The position numbers were made by a program, and so were the translations under genes. Of a DNA stretch of 64,000 nucleotides, positions 10,161 to 20,908 are shown one piece after another (positions within the stretch are counted from its first letter, which is position 1; the number at the start of each line of letters is the position of its first letter). The stretch spans positions 248,001 to 312,000 of the IMG/VR virus record IMGVR_UViG_3300024999_000029, one strand, 5' to 3'. Under the pieces are notes generated by a model. The model ran no database searches, was not told where the DNA came from, and was given only the letters and a program-made list of their open reading frames with translations.

Positions 10161-12008
10161 TTGAAAGATATATTTAAAATACAAGGTAAAGTTGAAATAG
10201 CAGAAGAGGAATTTAACAACAATAAACCATATATTGAATTAATTACCCGTTTGTGCTATTTAGATTATCCGAATTTAAATGGAGTTGGATTATCTTCATC
10301 AGCCTCAGAAGATAGCTTTGCTTCAATTGTTGATATGCCTATTGTAGCAAAAATTAATAATTCCGAGGATGGATTTAAGGGGCATGAAGTTAAAATAGAT
10401 AAAAATGGAAATATTAATTTTGGTACGTCTGCATACGGAACAAATGTTGAATGGTATATAAAAAATGATGAAGTAGATGTACCTAACGTTGGTATAAAAA
10501 CAGTACCATGTTATTTTGCCAAAAGTAAAGTATGGAAAAGATATCCAAAAGTAATTTCTATTATTAAAAAATATATGGACGGAGATGGACTTTACAGTTC
10601 ATGGGAATTACAAGGCGAAGAGTATAATGATAATAAAGATTACAAAGATTATATAAAATTCACTATGTTGGCTAATGCACTTATTGGCGTAGCTCCTGCA
10701 TATGGTAAAAATTCTAAAACATTACAAGTAGCATCTGAAAATAATGAATTTGAAAGAGAGATTAGTATGGCATTATCAGAAGATGTTGCTATTTTATCTG
10801 AAGAAGAAAAAAAGAAAAAATATACCATAGATAATAGCAAAGAAAGTGCAAAAGATGGTTCTTGGTCTGATGTTGATTTGAGTGATATTAAAGAAAAAGT
10901 TCAAAATGCAAGTAATTCTGAATCCTTAGCTAGTGAACTAGGACTTATTTTAAAAGAAGATTGGGAAACAAATAAGTCTAATATAAAATATCCTCATCAT
11001 GTATTTGATGACAACGATACTATGATTTTACATATTAGTGGGTGTCAAGCTGCGTGGTCAAGATTTCAAGGTGAAAATGAAACAGACCAACATGCAATTG
11101 ATCATATAAAAAGTCATTATAAAGAACTTGAATTAAATATGGAAACATTTGAATCAAGTCGAGAAATTAAAAAAGGAGGAAATAAAAGAATGGGAAAAGT
11201 AAAAACTTCCGCAATAACTCTTTTTGATTTATATCAAAAGGCCAGTGATGTGTTGAATCCTAAAGGATGGAATAGTAATCCATATTATGTTCCATGGATG
11301 ATATATCCAGAAGATCGTAAAATTTTATCTTACAATATCAGTAGGGAATCCGAGGATGAGTATATTGTATTTAATTATACAATTGAAAATGATGAAATGT
11401 CTATTGATGAGGGGACTGCTACATCTCTTAGTAAAATTTTATCAGAAAAATTTGAAAATATCGTTAGTAATGTCAATATTGAGGTTAAGTTAGATGAAAC
11501 TGCAAAACTTTTAAGTCAAAAGGAAATTAAAATTTCTGAACTTGAAAAAGATAACGAAAAATTAACTAATGAAATTTCAGAAAAAACAGATGCACTTATC
11601 AAAGCAGGCGAGGAACTTGAAACTTTGAAAACAACTGTATCAGAATTAACACCTTTTAAAGAACAGGTGGAAGAAGCAGAGAAAGTTAAATTAGAGGCTG
11701 AAACTGCTCAGAAGCGTGAAAATTTGAAGAAGTTTGCGACTAAAGGTGGGTTTATATCTGAAGATGAATTAGAATCTAGCGAGGAAATTAAAAAGCTTAT
11801 TGAAGATGTAGATGAAAAATCCATTAAAGCTATTATTGCTGAAAGAGTAATTCAGAAGTTAGATATAGATAAAGGAAATGAAGGTATTGAAATTTCATCT
11901 ACAAATACTAATACTGATACAAAAACTGTCAAGTCTGATTTAAATAGCGAGGATGATGGATTACTTTCAGCGATGGATGTTATTAAAATGATGCTTAAAA
12001 ATAAGTAG
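10161..12008 (+). CDS. Prohead protease/scaffold protein
   Basis: N-terminal domain (YLDYPNLNG, GHE, SSWE, PAYG) plus long acidic coiled coil; lies between portal and capsid genes. Confidence 0.65.
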   Translation: MKDIFKIQGKVEIAEEEFNNNKPYIELITRLCYLDYPNLNGVGLSSSASEDSFASIVDMPIVAKINNSEDGFKGHEVKIDKNGNINFGTSAYGTNVEWYIKNDEVDVPNVGIKTVPCYFAKSKVWKRYPKVISIIKKYMDGDGLYSSWELQGEEYNDNKDYKDYIKFTMLANALIGVAPAYGKNSKTLQVASENNEFEREISMALSEDVAILSEEEKKKKYTIDNSKESAKDGSWSDVDLSDIKEKVQNASNSESLASELGLILKEDWETNKSNIKYPHHVFDDNDTMILHISGCQAAWSRFQGENETDQHAIDHIKSHYKELELNMETFESSREIKKGGNKRMGKVKTSAITLFDLYQKASDVLNPKGWNSNPYYVPWMIYPEDRKILSYNISRESEDEYIVFNYTIENDEMSIDEGTATSLSKILSEKFENIVSNVNIEVKLDETAKLLSQKEIKISELEKDNEKLTNEISEKTDALIKAGEELETLKTTVSELTPFKEQVEEAEKVKLEAETAQKRENLKKFATKGGFISEDELESSEEIKKLIEDVDEKSIKAIIAERVIQKLDIDKGNEGIEISSTNTNTDTKTVKSDLNSEDDGLLSAMDVIKMMLKNK

Positions 12009-12257
12009 ATGGGACTGGTTATATTGGAAAGAGATAATTTAAAATATTTCTATTGCTATAGCCCACCTTTATGTATGTTTTTAGAACAGAAAAATATAAA
12101 AAGCATTAATGAAAAAGATGGTACACATCCTATAACAAAGAAAAAATATAAAGTTTTTTTAAAGGATGAGATATTAGATAATGCTTTGAATGATTGGAAA
12201 CAAGTAAAAGTGGACGCAATTGAATATATTAAAAATAAAAATATAATACAAAATTAA
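12009..12257 (+). CDS. DUF5659-like small protein (paralog of 5645-5815)
   Basis: FYCYSPPLCMFL...HPITKKKYKVF...L..W matches the IS-interrupted ORF. Confidence 0.6.
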   Translation: MGLVILERDNLKYFYCYSPPLCMFLEQKNIKSINEKDGTHPITKKKYKVFLKDEILDNALNDWKQVKVDAIEYIKNKNIIQN

Positions 12258-12280
12258 AATATTTAAGGAGGAATTTATAC

Positions 12281-12745
12281 ATGTTTAAGTCAATTATAAA
12301 TGGTGTATCAACATCTGAGATCTATAAAATAGATGCAGTTGACATGAAAAGAGGCGCAGTTTTAACTAAGAATTATACTACAAAAATTGCTGCAAAAGCA
12401 AGTGGGGTGGGAAAGGAGATTTATTTTCTTGACTACAATAGCGTTCCTACAGGTCATCAGAGTGATATGGAGATATCTGGTTATGATACCACTATGGATA
12501 CAGTAAAGGCTAGTACTTATGGAGTAGTAAAACATCTTGTTTCTGGTACATGGGCTACAGATCAGGTTGATGCAACAGGACTTGCAGCAGGGGATTATCT
12601 TATAGCAGGTACAACTACAAACGTTGGAAAATTAATTAAAGCTGTGGCTACAAACATTGTAACACTGAGATATGTTGGAATATACGATGACGCAGGGCAT
12701 ACGCTTTATGCGTTTGAAATTATTCCAGAACACACAGTAGCGTAA
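12281..12745 (+). CDS. Putative head decoration/cement protein
   Basis: 154-aa Gly/Ala/Thr-rich beta-type protein directly upstream of the capsid gene. Confidence 0.55.
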   Translation: MFKSIINGVSTSEIYKIDAVDMKRGAVLTKNYTTKIAAKASGVGKEIYFLDYNSVPTGHQSDMEISGYDTTMDTVKASTYGVVKHLVSGTWATDQVDATGLAAGDYLIAGTTTNVGKLIKAVATNIVTLRYVGIYDDAGHTLYAFEIIPEHTVA

Positions 12746-12777
12746 TTAAAATATAAAAAGGAGGAAAATTAATAATT

Positions 12778-13785
12778 ATGAAAACAAATTTATATACAAG
12801 TGAATTGGCATCAGCTATTCAAGAAAAAAATATAATCGAATTATCAGAAAGAGCTAAATTTAATAAACTTGACGAATCAGACAAAGAAGTCATTGAACTG
12901 CTTGACACATTCGCACATGAAATAGGTAACAGTGGTAAATCAAGTGAAAACACAACTCTTGTTTCTGAACTTATTAAAAAGACTGTTGAACCTATGGTTT
13001 TTCAGCCTGATAGTTCAATATTGTCCAATATGTTCAACATGGGTTCTATAGGGGAATTTGATGAAACATCTTATACTGGTCTTCCTAAGAATACTATAAA
13101 AGTATATGATGCAGTTAGGGGCGGCAACGTACCTAAGTCATATGTTGACCCAGGTTTGTTTACACCTACAAAATTTGCACTTCAGGCTGAAACCGAATTG
13201 GATTATTCCGATTTGCGTAGGAATGGTTGGAAATCAATCTCTAAAATGACTGAACTTACTAGAGAGTCCCTTGAGCAGGAAATGTTCTATAGGCTGTTTA
13301 CTGGTGTTGACTCAGCATTAGATGCATTGACTGGGGATCAAGATATAGACACTGGTTCTGCTTTAACTTTGACTAATGCGGATACTTTTTCCAGATATAT
13401 CCGTGATATGTCTGAAGGTAATCCTTTTATGGTTGGTCTTAGTAAATATGTTGATACCATGGCTCGTATGGACGGTGCTGAAAAATATTTATCTGATGAA
13501 TTAAAGAATGAATTAAATAGGGTCGGTAGACTTGCTATGTATGATGGTGTATTACTTTCATCTATTCCTACAGCAAAGAAAACTGCTTCTGGTAAAACTT
13601 TAGTTCCTGATAAGAGAATTTTTGGTATTGCTGGACAGATTGGCGAAGCTCAGTTACGTGGTGAGTTAAGAATGTATGACACTTACGACAATGACGCAGA
13701 AAAAGTTAAACTGAAATTTACTGGTTTTGACTTCGAATATGTAATTTATTATCTTGATAAGATAGCTAGAATTACATTTGCATAG
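12778..13785 (+). CDS. Major capsid protein
   Basis: 335 aa, strong RBS, highly-expressed codon usage, synteny with SPbeta-like head modules. Confidence 0.75.
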   Translation: MKTNLYTSELASAIQEKNIIELSERAKFNKLDESDKEVIELLDTFAHEIGNSGKSSENTTLVSELIKKTVEPMVFQPDSSILSNMFNMGSIGEFDETSYTGLPKNTIKVYDAVRGGNVPKSYVDPGLFTPTKFALQAETELDYSDLRRNGWKSISKMTELTRESLEQEMFYRLFTGVDSALDALTGDQDIDTGSALTLTNADTFSRYIRDMSEGNPFMVGLSKYVDTMARMDGAEKYLSDELKNELNRVGRLAMYDGVLLSSIPTAKKTASGKTLVPDKRIFGIAGQIGEAQLRGELRMYDTYDNDAEKVKLKFTGFDFEYVIYYLDKIARITFA

Positions 13786-13909
13786 GATTAATAATCAATT
13801 TGTATTGAAATTTAAATTAATACAGCAATAATATAAGACAGAGTATAGATTCTTTATGATGAAATACTCTGTCTATAATATTATGAAAAAAATGAAAGGA
13901 AGAATTTAA

Positions 13910-14674
13910 ATGGATTCGTTAAATGGGAAAATTAAAGTATTGAATTATGAATTATCTCCAGTTGGATTCCCTAGCACAGTAAATCCTAAAGGTATTTTCA
14001 TCGAAGCAAGAGATGAAGATAATGAATATAAAATGGAACGAGTTTTGTGGGAAGATGTAGAGTTAGAAAATGGAAAATCTGATTTATTTAAAGTTGGAAG
14101 ATTAAGATTTCATCCAGATGAAGAAGAAGAAATATACAAAAAATTAGGTATTGAAGACAAAGAAAATATAAAGACAGATAAAGAATTAATGTCAATTCTT
14201 ACGAATGACAATATTGAAAACTTAAAGAAAATAAACGCAATAAAATCTATTACATTAATTACCAGAATGAAAAGCATATTATTTAAAATGGAACGAGTGA
14301 ACAAAACTCCTCCTCATAATGTGATAGCTGTAGTAAGTGAAAGATGTGAAGAGTTAAAAAATGGTGGAAAGAAAAATGAAAATAGTGTAGTTGCGAGGAT
14401 AATGGCAACGGATAAACAGCATAACGATGAAAGTAAATTACAGAATACTATAGATAGCCTTGCGAAGGAAGTTGAATTACTTAAAACTGACAAGGCGAAT
14501 ACTGAATCACAATCTCATGATGCATTACAAGATTTGTTAAAAATTGTGCAAGATTTGAAGGCAGAGAATGCTGAATTAAAAAAGGGTGTGTCTGCGGAAT
14601 CTGAAAGTGAAGTTGTAAAAGATAATGATAAAGACGAAGTTAAAAAGGCTGGTAGACCAGCTACTAAAAAATAA
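13910..14674 (+). CDS. Conserved phage head-module protein with C-terminal coiled coil
   Basis: Follows the capsid gene; ends in the KKAGRP motif common at this position. Confidence 0.5.
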   Translation: MDSLNGKIKVLNYELSPVGFPSTVNPKGIFIEARDEDNEYKMERVLWEDVELENGKSDLFKVGRLRFHPDEEEEIYKKLGIEDKENIKTDKELMSILTNDNIENLKKINAIKSITLITRMKSILFKMERVNKTPPHNVIAVVSERCEELKNGGKKNENSVVARIMATDKQHNDESKLQNTIDSLAKEVELLKTDKANTESQSHDALQDLLKIVQDLKAENAELKKGVSAESESEVVKDNDKDEVKKAGRPATKK

Positions 14675-14694
14675 AAAAAGGGGTTGGGTAAATT

Positions 14695-15183
14695 TTGAGT
14701 ACTTCTTACCAAATATTAAGTGATAAATTCACCAAAAGACTTGTGAATGATAAAAATTTCATGAATTATAGTTCAGATTTATCCCAATCAGAAATTGAAA
14801 CCTTAGTTGAAGATCATATTAAAGACTTAATTGATCAGTCTGTTGGAATGATTTATAAATATGGAACTCCTGATGTTAATTTCTATGATAAAGATGATAC
14901 AGCAGAAACTTTTAATTTTGATTTTGTAAATCAAGAAGTTAGTCTTTTTATTGAAGTCATGTACTATTGCTATATGTCTGAAGATCGTAATAAATTACAT
15001 ATCCTTGGGCTTACTTTTCGCTCAAGTGAGCTAGCAGTATTCTCTCCAGCGGCAGATAGGGATAGTTATATTGCAATGCTTAAGGGTATTGAGATAAACG
15101 TTATTAATTCTATAAGTGATTACTTAGCAAGAGATAGGTTAACATGGCAGTATAAATCAATTTATACTAGCACTACTAGTTAG
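14695..15183 (+). CDS. Putative head-tail adaptor
   Basis: TTG start; 162-aa helical protein at the connector position. Confidence 0.5.
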   Translation: MSTSYQILSDKFTKRLVNDKNFMNYSSDLSQSEIETLVEDHIKDLIDQSVGMIYKYGTPDVNFYDKDDTAETFNFDFVNQEVSLFIEVMYYCYMSEDRNKLHILGLTFRSSELAVFSPAADRDSYIAMLKGIEINVINSISDYLARDRLTWQYKSIYTSTTS

Positions 15184-15195
15184 GGGGCGATTATA

Positions 15196-16431
15196 ATAGA
15201 TATAGATACTACTTATTTAAAAAATTATATTCGCTCTAATGTAAAATCTAGTGGTGATTTACAAAATTTATCAGATAGGTATAGTCAACAATATAATGAA
15301 GCTATCTCTAAGTTTGATGTGCTTATTAATTCAGACCGTGCCGACAAAATTTTTAAAGACGATATTTCTTATAAATGCATTGTTGATTATGGAATACAAA
15401 TAAAACAAAACAATTTAAAAAACCAATATACTAAAGAAATTTGGACTACACATAGTGATGGATTTAAAGTTGGAGATTTTGTAGAATTTGAAAATAAGGC
15501 TTCTAAAGAAAAAGTTCCTTATTTATTTATCAAAGGCGCTGAGAGTAAAGAGGGTTATGATGCTTTCTTTATGCAAAAGACTAATAATAATTTGAGTTTT
15601 GTTAAAAATCATATTTCATATACAGTGCCATGTGTAATTACAGCATCTGGTAATAGTATGGGTATGGATACAGATGAGATGAAGTATATATCTGAAATTG
15701 GTGACTTCATTATAGTTAGATGTGCGAACACTTCTGAATCGCAGAATATAGATGTAAATCAAATTTTTAAATTGGGAAAATGGAATTGGAGAGTAGAAAG
15801 TGTATCGGATATAATTGAGCCAAATTTATTGGTTATGAAAATGACTTGGGTTGCTGAGAGTGCTGATACGCACACGTATACGGTTGACATATTGAATGGA
15901 AGTGCAAGTATTCAAAATGGTAGTACTCTTCAGTTAAATGTAAATGTATTAGATAATGGAGAAATTATATCACCTACCCCAACAATTACTTACGTTTCAT
16001 CAGATATAACAAAAGCAAGTGTTTCTACTTCGGGTATTGTAACTGCTGTTAGTGAAGGTAGTTGTACTATTACAGCAACATCTAATGGAGTTAGTAATAG
16101 TGTTTCAATTACGGTAACTAATGTTGTTTCTGATAATATAACATACACATTAACTTCAGTAAGCCAACCAGATTATGAAATAAAAACAGGAGTAACAAAA
16201 ACTTACATTGCTAAGAAATTTAACAATGGAATAGAAGTTACTGGAATACAATTTAATTTTGAAGTTATTGCTACTAGTGTTCCAAGTTCAGCTTATACAT
16301 TAAACATTATTGATACAAAAAGTTGTTCAATCAAATGTAATCAATATGTTTATAATATTGTACTTCGTGCTACTGAAAATACAACGAGTAATTTTGTTGA
16401 CAAGACTATTAAACTTAGAAGTCCATTGTGA
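15196..16431 (+). CDS. Head-closure-like protein with Ig-like (Big_2) domain; probable non-canonical ATA start
   Basis: ITYVSSDITKASVSTSGIVTAVSEGSCTITAT is a Big_2 pattern. Frame is open upstream of the called GTG (15319) back to an AGGGGG SD at 15182-15187. Confidence 0.65.
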   Translation: MDIDTTYLKNYIRSNVKSSGDLQNLSDRYSQQYNEAISKFDVLINSDRADKIFKDDISYKCIVDYGIQIKQNNLKNQYTKEIWTTHSDGFKVGDFVEFENKASKEKVPYLFIKGAESKEGYDAFFMQKTNNNLSFVKNHISYTVPCVITASGNSMGMDTDEMKYISEIGDFIIVRCANTSESQNIDVNQIFKLGKWNWRVESVSDIIEPNLLVMKMTWVAESADTHTYTVDILNGSASIQNGSTLQLNVNVLDNGEIISPTPTITYVSSDITKASVSTSGIVTAVSEGSCTITATSNGVSNSVSITVTNVVSDNITYTLTSVSQPDYEIKTGVTKTYIAKKFNNGIEVTGIQFNFEVIATSVPSSAYTLNIIDTKSCSIKCNQYVYNIVLRATENTTSNFVDKTIKLRSPL

Positions 16432-16450
16432 TGAAAGGAGTGTATATATC

Positions 16451-16939
16451 ATAGCTAATAAATTTGAGGATTTAAGTCTTAATAAAATAAAAATTATGGA
16501 AGCAATTTACAACAATGATAATATTATTAAAGCTTTATTATATCGAAAAGAAACTCCTAGCTTTCTTGATAGGGTTGTACCATCAGATTATGATCGTACA
16601 TCACTCCTATATTCTCAGATATGGCCTTGGAAGTACATTCCTCAGATAACTGACGAAGCAAATATATATATAACTAGCAATTTTGTTTTCAAGCCTCATG
16701 ATAATATGTATAAGATTTCAAACTTTTATCTATATGTTATTTGTCACAAAAGTTTGATGGGATGTGACCAGGGACTTGTAAATGACTTCATTTTATCAGA
16801 ATTGGATAATATTTTTAACCAGTCACGCTTGGTGGGTATAGGACGAGTACAGTTTGAGGGGATGTATGAATTTTCTACAGACAATTCATCGACTTTTTTG
16901 GGCAGCTGCATCGAATATAAAACTTTTGAGTTCAATTAG
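16451..16939 (+). CDS. Putative tail completion/terminator protein; probable ATA start
   Basis: SD AAAGGAG just after the previous stop points to ATA-GCT-AAT; the called start at 16310 overlaps the upstream gene by over 100 nt. Confidence 0.5.
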   Translation: MANKFEDLSLNKIKIMEAIYNNDNIIKALLYRKETPSFLDRVVPSDYDRTSLLYSQIWPWKYIPQITDEANIYITSNFVFKPHDNMYKISNFYLYVICHKSLMGCDQGLVNDFILSELDNIFNQSRLVGIGRVQFEGMYEFSTDNSSTFLGSCIEYKTFEFN

Positions 16940-16947
16940 GTGATTAT

Positions 16948-17676
16948 ATGAATGAAAATACAAATATAAAAGAATATATTGAAGAAGAATTATCTTTAAA
17001 ATTACTTGCAGGAGATTCAATTAATATAGATGGGATTGGGAATATTTATCCTTTAAAATTAAAAGAAATTAAAGATATGGGTGAACAAATATATAATTAT
17101 TTTTTATCTGTTTTAACTATTAAACCAGATGAGACTCCAAACAATATATCATTATTTGATTTTATATTGCAAAATTGTATATACGGTGATGAACAATATA
17201 GGTATTTAGTTTTACATGCATTGGCATGTTTTTTAAAAGATAAAATAACTTTACGTGAATTTGGTTTTATTGTAGGTGATTCTGAGGATAAATTTATTAA
17301 TAAAGACAATTATAATGAAATATATAAAATTATCTTATTGCAAAATTGCCTAAAAAATCAAATAGATGAATATAATCCTGCCAATGAAAGAGCAAAAGAA
17401 TTAATTGAAAGACTGAAAAAAAGCAAAGCAAATAAAACAATTCAAAAAAACAATGCAAATCTAGCAAGTGTAATTTCTGGAGTAGTCTGGAAGTCAAAAA
17501 ACATTGATATTTTTAACGTGTGGGATTTAACGGTTTATCAATTATATGATGCTTTGTATAGATTAAATATTTTAGATGAATTTGACAATATGATGTTTGC
17601 TTATTACACAGGGAACATCAGAAAAGAAGATATAGATTTTAAGAATTTAAGTTGGGTTAAAAAATACGAGACTTAA
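16948..17676 (+). CDS. Conserved phage tail-module protein (chaperone-like)
   Basis: 242 aa just upstream of the major tail gene; WDLTVYQLYD motif. Confidence 0.45.
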   Translation: MNENTNIKEYIEEELSLKLLAGDSINIDGIGNIYPLKLKEIKDMGEQIYNYFLSVLTIKPDETPNNISLFDFILQNCIYGDEQYRYLVLHALACFLKDKITLREFGFIVGDSEDKFINKDNYNEIYKIILLQNCLKNQIDEYNPANERAKELIERLKKSKANKTIQKNNANLASVISGVVWKSKNIDIFNVWDLTVYQLYDALYRLNILDEFDNMMFAYYTGNIRKEDIDFKNLSWVKKYET

Positions 17677-17731
17677 ATTCTTTTTATTTTATATAAAACA
17701 AAAAATAATAAAATAAGGAGGAATTATACAC

Positions 17732-18520
17732 ATGGCAACACCTAGACAATACGCTGTCCGAGAAGTAGCACTTTGCACGTTTTATAATATTACTACTGGA
17801 AATCCTATAGTATTTCTTGAAAATTTAAAAACATCTGGTGTGGAAAATACTGGAGAAACCGTCTATAGCCGAGGGGGAAGAGGAAATCCAAAGATTGTAG
17901 GATTTTCTGGAAACCGTGAAGGTAAAATAACACTTCAGGATGCAGTATTTACAAATGAAGTAATGGCAATGCTTACTGGTAATAATATAGTTACTGGTGC
18001 ACAGAATGTTTATAAGAGGGAAACTCTTATTGTAGCTTCTGGATTAACTGTAACTTTAACAAAGACTCCAGTTGGTGATCCTATTAGAGTAGCAGAACTT
18101 AATACAGACGGTGGAGATGGAACAGTTTATGTAAAAGACACAGTTTTAGGAGCAGGTAAATATACAATTGCAGGAAAAGTAGTAACTTTTAATACTGGTG
18201 ACGTAATTGTAGGAGATAAGATTATTGTTTATTACAAGATGGCAACAGATGCTACAGCTAGTAGAATGCTTGTAACTTCTGATAACTTTGCAGGAAGTTT
18301 CAAAGTTGTTTTGGATTGTCTTGTAAGAGACGTTTTAACTAAACAAGATTTTGCTGCTCAGATTATAGTACACAATGCAAAAATGGAAGACAATTGGAAT
18401 TTTTCATTCTCAGCAGATGGCGATCCTAGTGTACTTGATATACCATTAGAAATCTTGAAGCCCGCTGTTGGTACAGAGATGTGGGAGATGGTAGTTTTTG
18501 ACAATTCTTTAGCTCTATAA
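17732..18520 (+). CDS. Major tail (tube) protein
   Basis: Strong RBS; LKTSGVENTGETVYSRGG and FSFSADGDPSVLDI tube-like motifs; followed by a hairpin. Confidence 0.75.
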   Translation: MATPRQYAVREVALCTFYNITTGNPIVFLENLKTSGVENTGETVYSRGGRGNPKIVGFSGNREGKITLQDAVFTNEVMAMLTGNNIVTGAQNVYKRETLIVASGLTVTLTKTPVGDPIRVAELNTDGGDGTVYVKDTVLGAGKYTIAGKVVTFNTGDVIVGDKIIVYYKMATDATASRMLVTSDNFAGSFKVVLDCLVRDVLTKQDFAAQIIVHNAKMEDNWNFSFSADGDPSVLDIPLEILKPAVGTEMWEMVVFDNSLAL

Positions 18521-18590
18521 TAAATAAAATATAAATGTTTAAAGAGGATAAGATTAATTATTCTCTTTATTTTTGTATTGAGGTGATAAA

Positions 18591-18854
18591 ATGGCAAAAC
18601 AAGCTAAAAACACTGATTTAGAAGAACAAGTAAATATTGATAATTTTAAGATTATAGATATTGAATTAGGCGAAATATATTTGTTAGTAAACGATAAGGA
18701 AATTAAAACAACTATTGAAATTGATGAATATGAGAGAGTTTTTATAGTAAATCATAAAAATAAATATATAGGAAAATTGATCAAAGTAAAGTATTTTGGT
18801 AATATTGAAAATTATGAAATATTACCAATAAAAGAATGGATTATTAAAATATAA
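18591..18854 (+). CDS. Hypothetical protein
   Basis: GAGGTG RBS, 87-aa ORF. Confidence 0.5.
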   Translation: MAKQAKNTDLEEQVNIDNFKIIDIELGEIYLLVNDKEIKTTIEIDEYERVFIVNHKNKYIGKLIKVKYFGNIENYEILPIKEWIIKI

Positions 18855-18991
18855 CTTCAACGGGTAGGAAGAGATTCTTCTCTCCTACCTTATTTCATTT
18901 CAAAAAAACAATTCTTACAACTCAAAAAATTCAATAAATACATAGTTTTATATAAAATTAAAAACTCAAAAATGAAAGGAATGATATAAAA

Positions 18992-19441
18992 ATGGCACAC
19001 TTAAACATTTATAAAGCTTCGGACGATTCAATCGTATCTAGTGCTGGAACACTAACAAACGCCGTAGAGTTTACCCTTAGGGCAGACCTCAGTGAGACTG
19101 GAGAAATTAGACTTTATGCAATGACAGATTTTGGATATGAGACAACGAGTACGGTGATATCATTTGTAGATAGTGAATTTAGAAAAGATCCAGGAGAAGC
19201 AATTAGGGCGAAAGACGGTGGAGATGGAGTTGCAACACTTACGAGTTGGGCGTTAGCAGCGGATAATGCAGGTTCGCCTGATACATATGGGGCTTATGGA
19301 GCGTCGCTTTCGCTAGGAACTGTAGGAAACGACACAGGTAAGATTTACTTTCATGCTAAGGCAAAAGCTGAAACTAGTGAAGAAGCAATTCAAGACTGTA
19401 GTGTCGCAATCAAAGCAGAGGGAATCGAAAGAGCAACCTAA
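18992..19441 (+). CDS. Accessory structural protein, stand-alone domain A
   Basis: Shares I.IYK, W.LA.D and FH..A motifs with four downstream paralogs. Confidence 0.55.
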   Translation: MAHLNIYKASDDSIVSSAGTLTNAVEFTLRADLSETGEIRLYAMTDFGYETTSTVISFVDSEFRKDPGEAIRAKDGGDGVATLTSWALAADNAGSPDTYGAYGASLSLGTVGNDTGKIYFHAKAKAETSEEAIQDCSVAIKAEGIERAT

Positions 19442-19469
19442 ACCTAGCTTAGAAAGGAAGGTGGCTTAA

Positions 19470-20903
19470 ATGGCAATAAATTACTATGTTAGTAACCAAC
19501 GTGGAAACGATTCTAATGACGGACTCACGCAAGAAACTCCATTCTACACTATATCTAAGGCAATCCCATTAGTAACAGCAGGGTCTATAGTTTATATAGG
19601 CTCTGGTTGCTACCGAGAAAAGCCTATACTACAGGTAGCAGGTACTGACGGAAATGTAATTAAATGGATACCTGACCCGAATTCAGAATACTTAACTTCA
19701 GACAATGTAGGAATAGTACGTGTAACGGGTTGTAACACAGATGAATATCCAACAACTGGTGGCTATGGTTGGTCTTTTAATGGTAAATATTATAATGAAA
19801 TTGGCGATCCTAATAAAGGATTTGGACAGATGTATATTGATGGTTGTCATTGGGGATACACAGTTAATATTGGATTTTCTACTTTGGGTGGAAAATGCTA
19901 TGGAATTACAGCTACTGGAAACGCAACAGTATTTTATTATGGAGAACAAAAAGACTGTATAGCAATAGCTGGTCAAACCGCATTTTCAGGTGGAATACAA
20001 ACAAATTGCATTGGAATTGCAGGGAGTTCGGCATATTATGCTGGTATTCATTACAATTGTATAGGAATTGCTGGGTATGCATGTTTTAATGCAACTACAA
20101 GAACAGATATAAACTGTTTGTCAATTGGTGGTCAATATGGATTTTACGCATATTCAGGTGCAGCAACTAGCACAAATTGTGTAGCAATAGGAAGTAGTAA
20201 TGGATTTTATGCAACAGGTTCAGCAACTGTAAATTATTGTCGTGCAATAAATTGTTCATATGGATTTTATGGTAGAGATAGTGCTAATTTATTAGACACA
20301 TCAACTTGTAGTTATGTTTATTGTAATAACAAACAGCATACTACAGGATTCCCTACTCCAGCTACTTATTATGAAACTGCTGAAGTTGCTCTTGCTAAAA
20401 GTTGTACATATTATCCGATAGCATTAATTGCTGCATTTATGCCAATGTTAGATTTTAATTATACAGGTGGAAGTAGTGATGTATTAACATATGTAGCTAA
20501 AGACATGATGGGATATGCAAGGGCATTGATTGATGGTACGCCTCATTATGGTGTTCACGAATATTCAAGAGTTGGAATAGATTTTACAAATTATCGTACT
20601 AATGCTCCAAGTATAAAAATAGAACAGGCAGGACAGCAGAAGTTTACATTTTTTGCTACTGGTGGAGAAGAATTTAGTAAATCTGTTTGGGTGAAGTGGG
20701 AAAATGTGACTGGAGATAAACCTCAACTGGCAGTTCGTGGAGATTATTTAACTGAAGTTGTATCTACGGCTACAGGTGACGGAACTAGTTGGGAACAATT
20801 AATTATAACTGCTACGCCAAGCAAGGATACTGAAATTGAGTTATATTTATATGCAAGAGATACTGGATCAACTGCTATTGTTTATTTCAGTGACCTTAGT
20901 TAA
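19470..20903 (+). CDS. Right-handed beta-helix (pectin lyase-like) protein, possible depolymerase/spike
   Basis: YYVS..GNDSNDG....PF.TI..A....GS.VYI..G.YRE entry motif, many short C.AIG coils, jelly-roll-like C-terminus. Confidence 0.7.
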   Translation: MAINYYVSNQRGNDSNDGLTQETPFYTISKAIPLVTAGSIVYIGSGCYREKPILQVAGTDGNVIKWIPDPNSEYLTSDNVGIVRVTGCNTDEYPTTGGYGWSFNGKYYNEIGDPNKGFGQMYIDGCHWGYTVNIGFSTLGGKCYGITATGNATVFYYGEQKDCIAIAGQTAFSGGIQTNCIGIAGSSAYYAGIHYNCIGIAGYACFNATTRTDINCLSIGGQYGFYAYSGAATSTNCVAIGSSNGFYATGSATVNYCRAINCSYGFYGRDSANLLDTSTCSYVYCNNKQHTTGFPTPATYYETAEVALAKSCTYYPIALIAAFMPMLDFNYTGGSSDVLTYVAKDMMGYARALIDGTPHYGVHEYSRVGIDFTNYRTNAPSIKIEQAGQQKFTFFATGGEEFSKSVWVKWENVTGDKPQLAVRGDYLTEVVSTATGDGTSWEQLIITATPSKDTEIELYLYARDTGSTAIVYFSDLS

Positions 20904-20908
20904 AGGAT

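Noticed and set aside
13836-13874. Novel ncRNA after the capsid gene (11-bp stem)
   Set aside because: A single hairpin at a position where terminators or RNA stabilisers are expected; similar hairpins follow many genes here.
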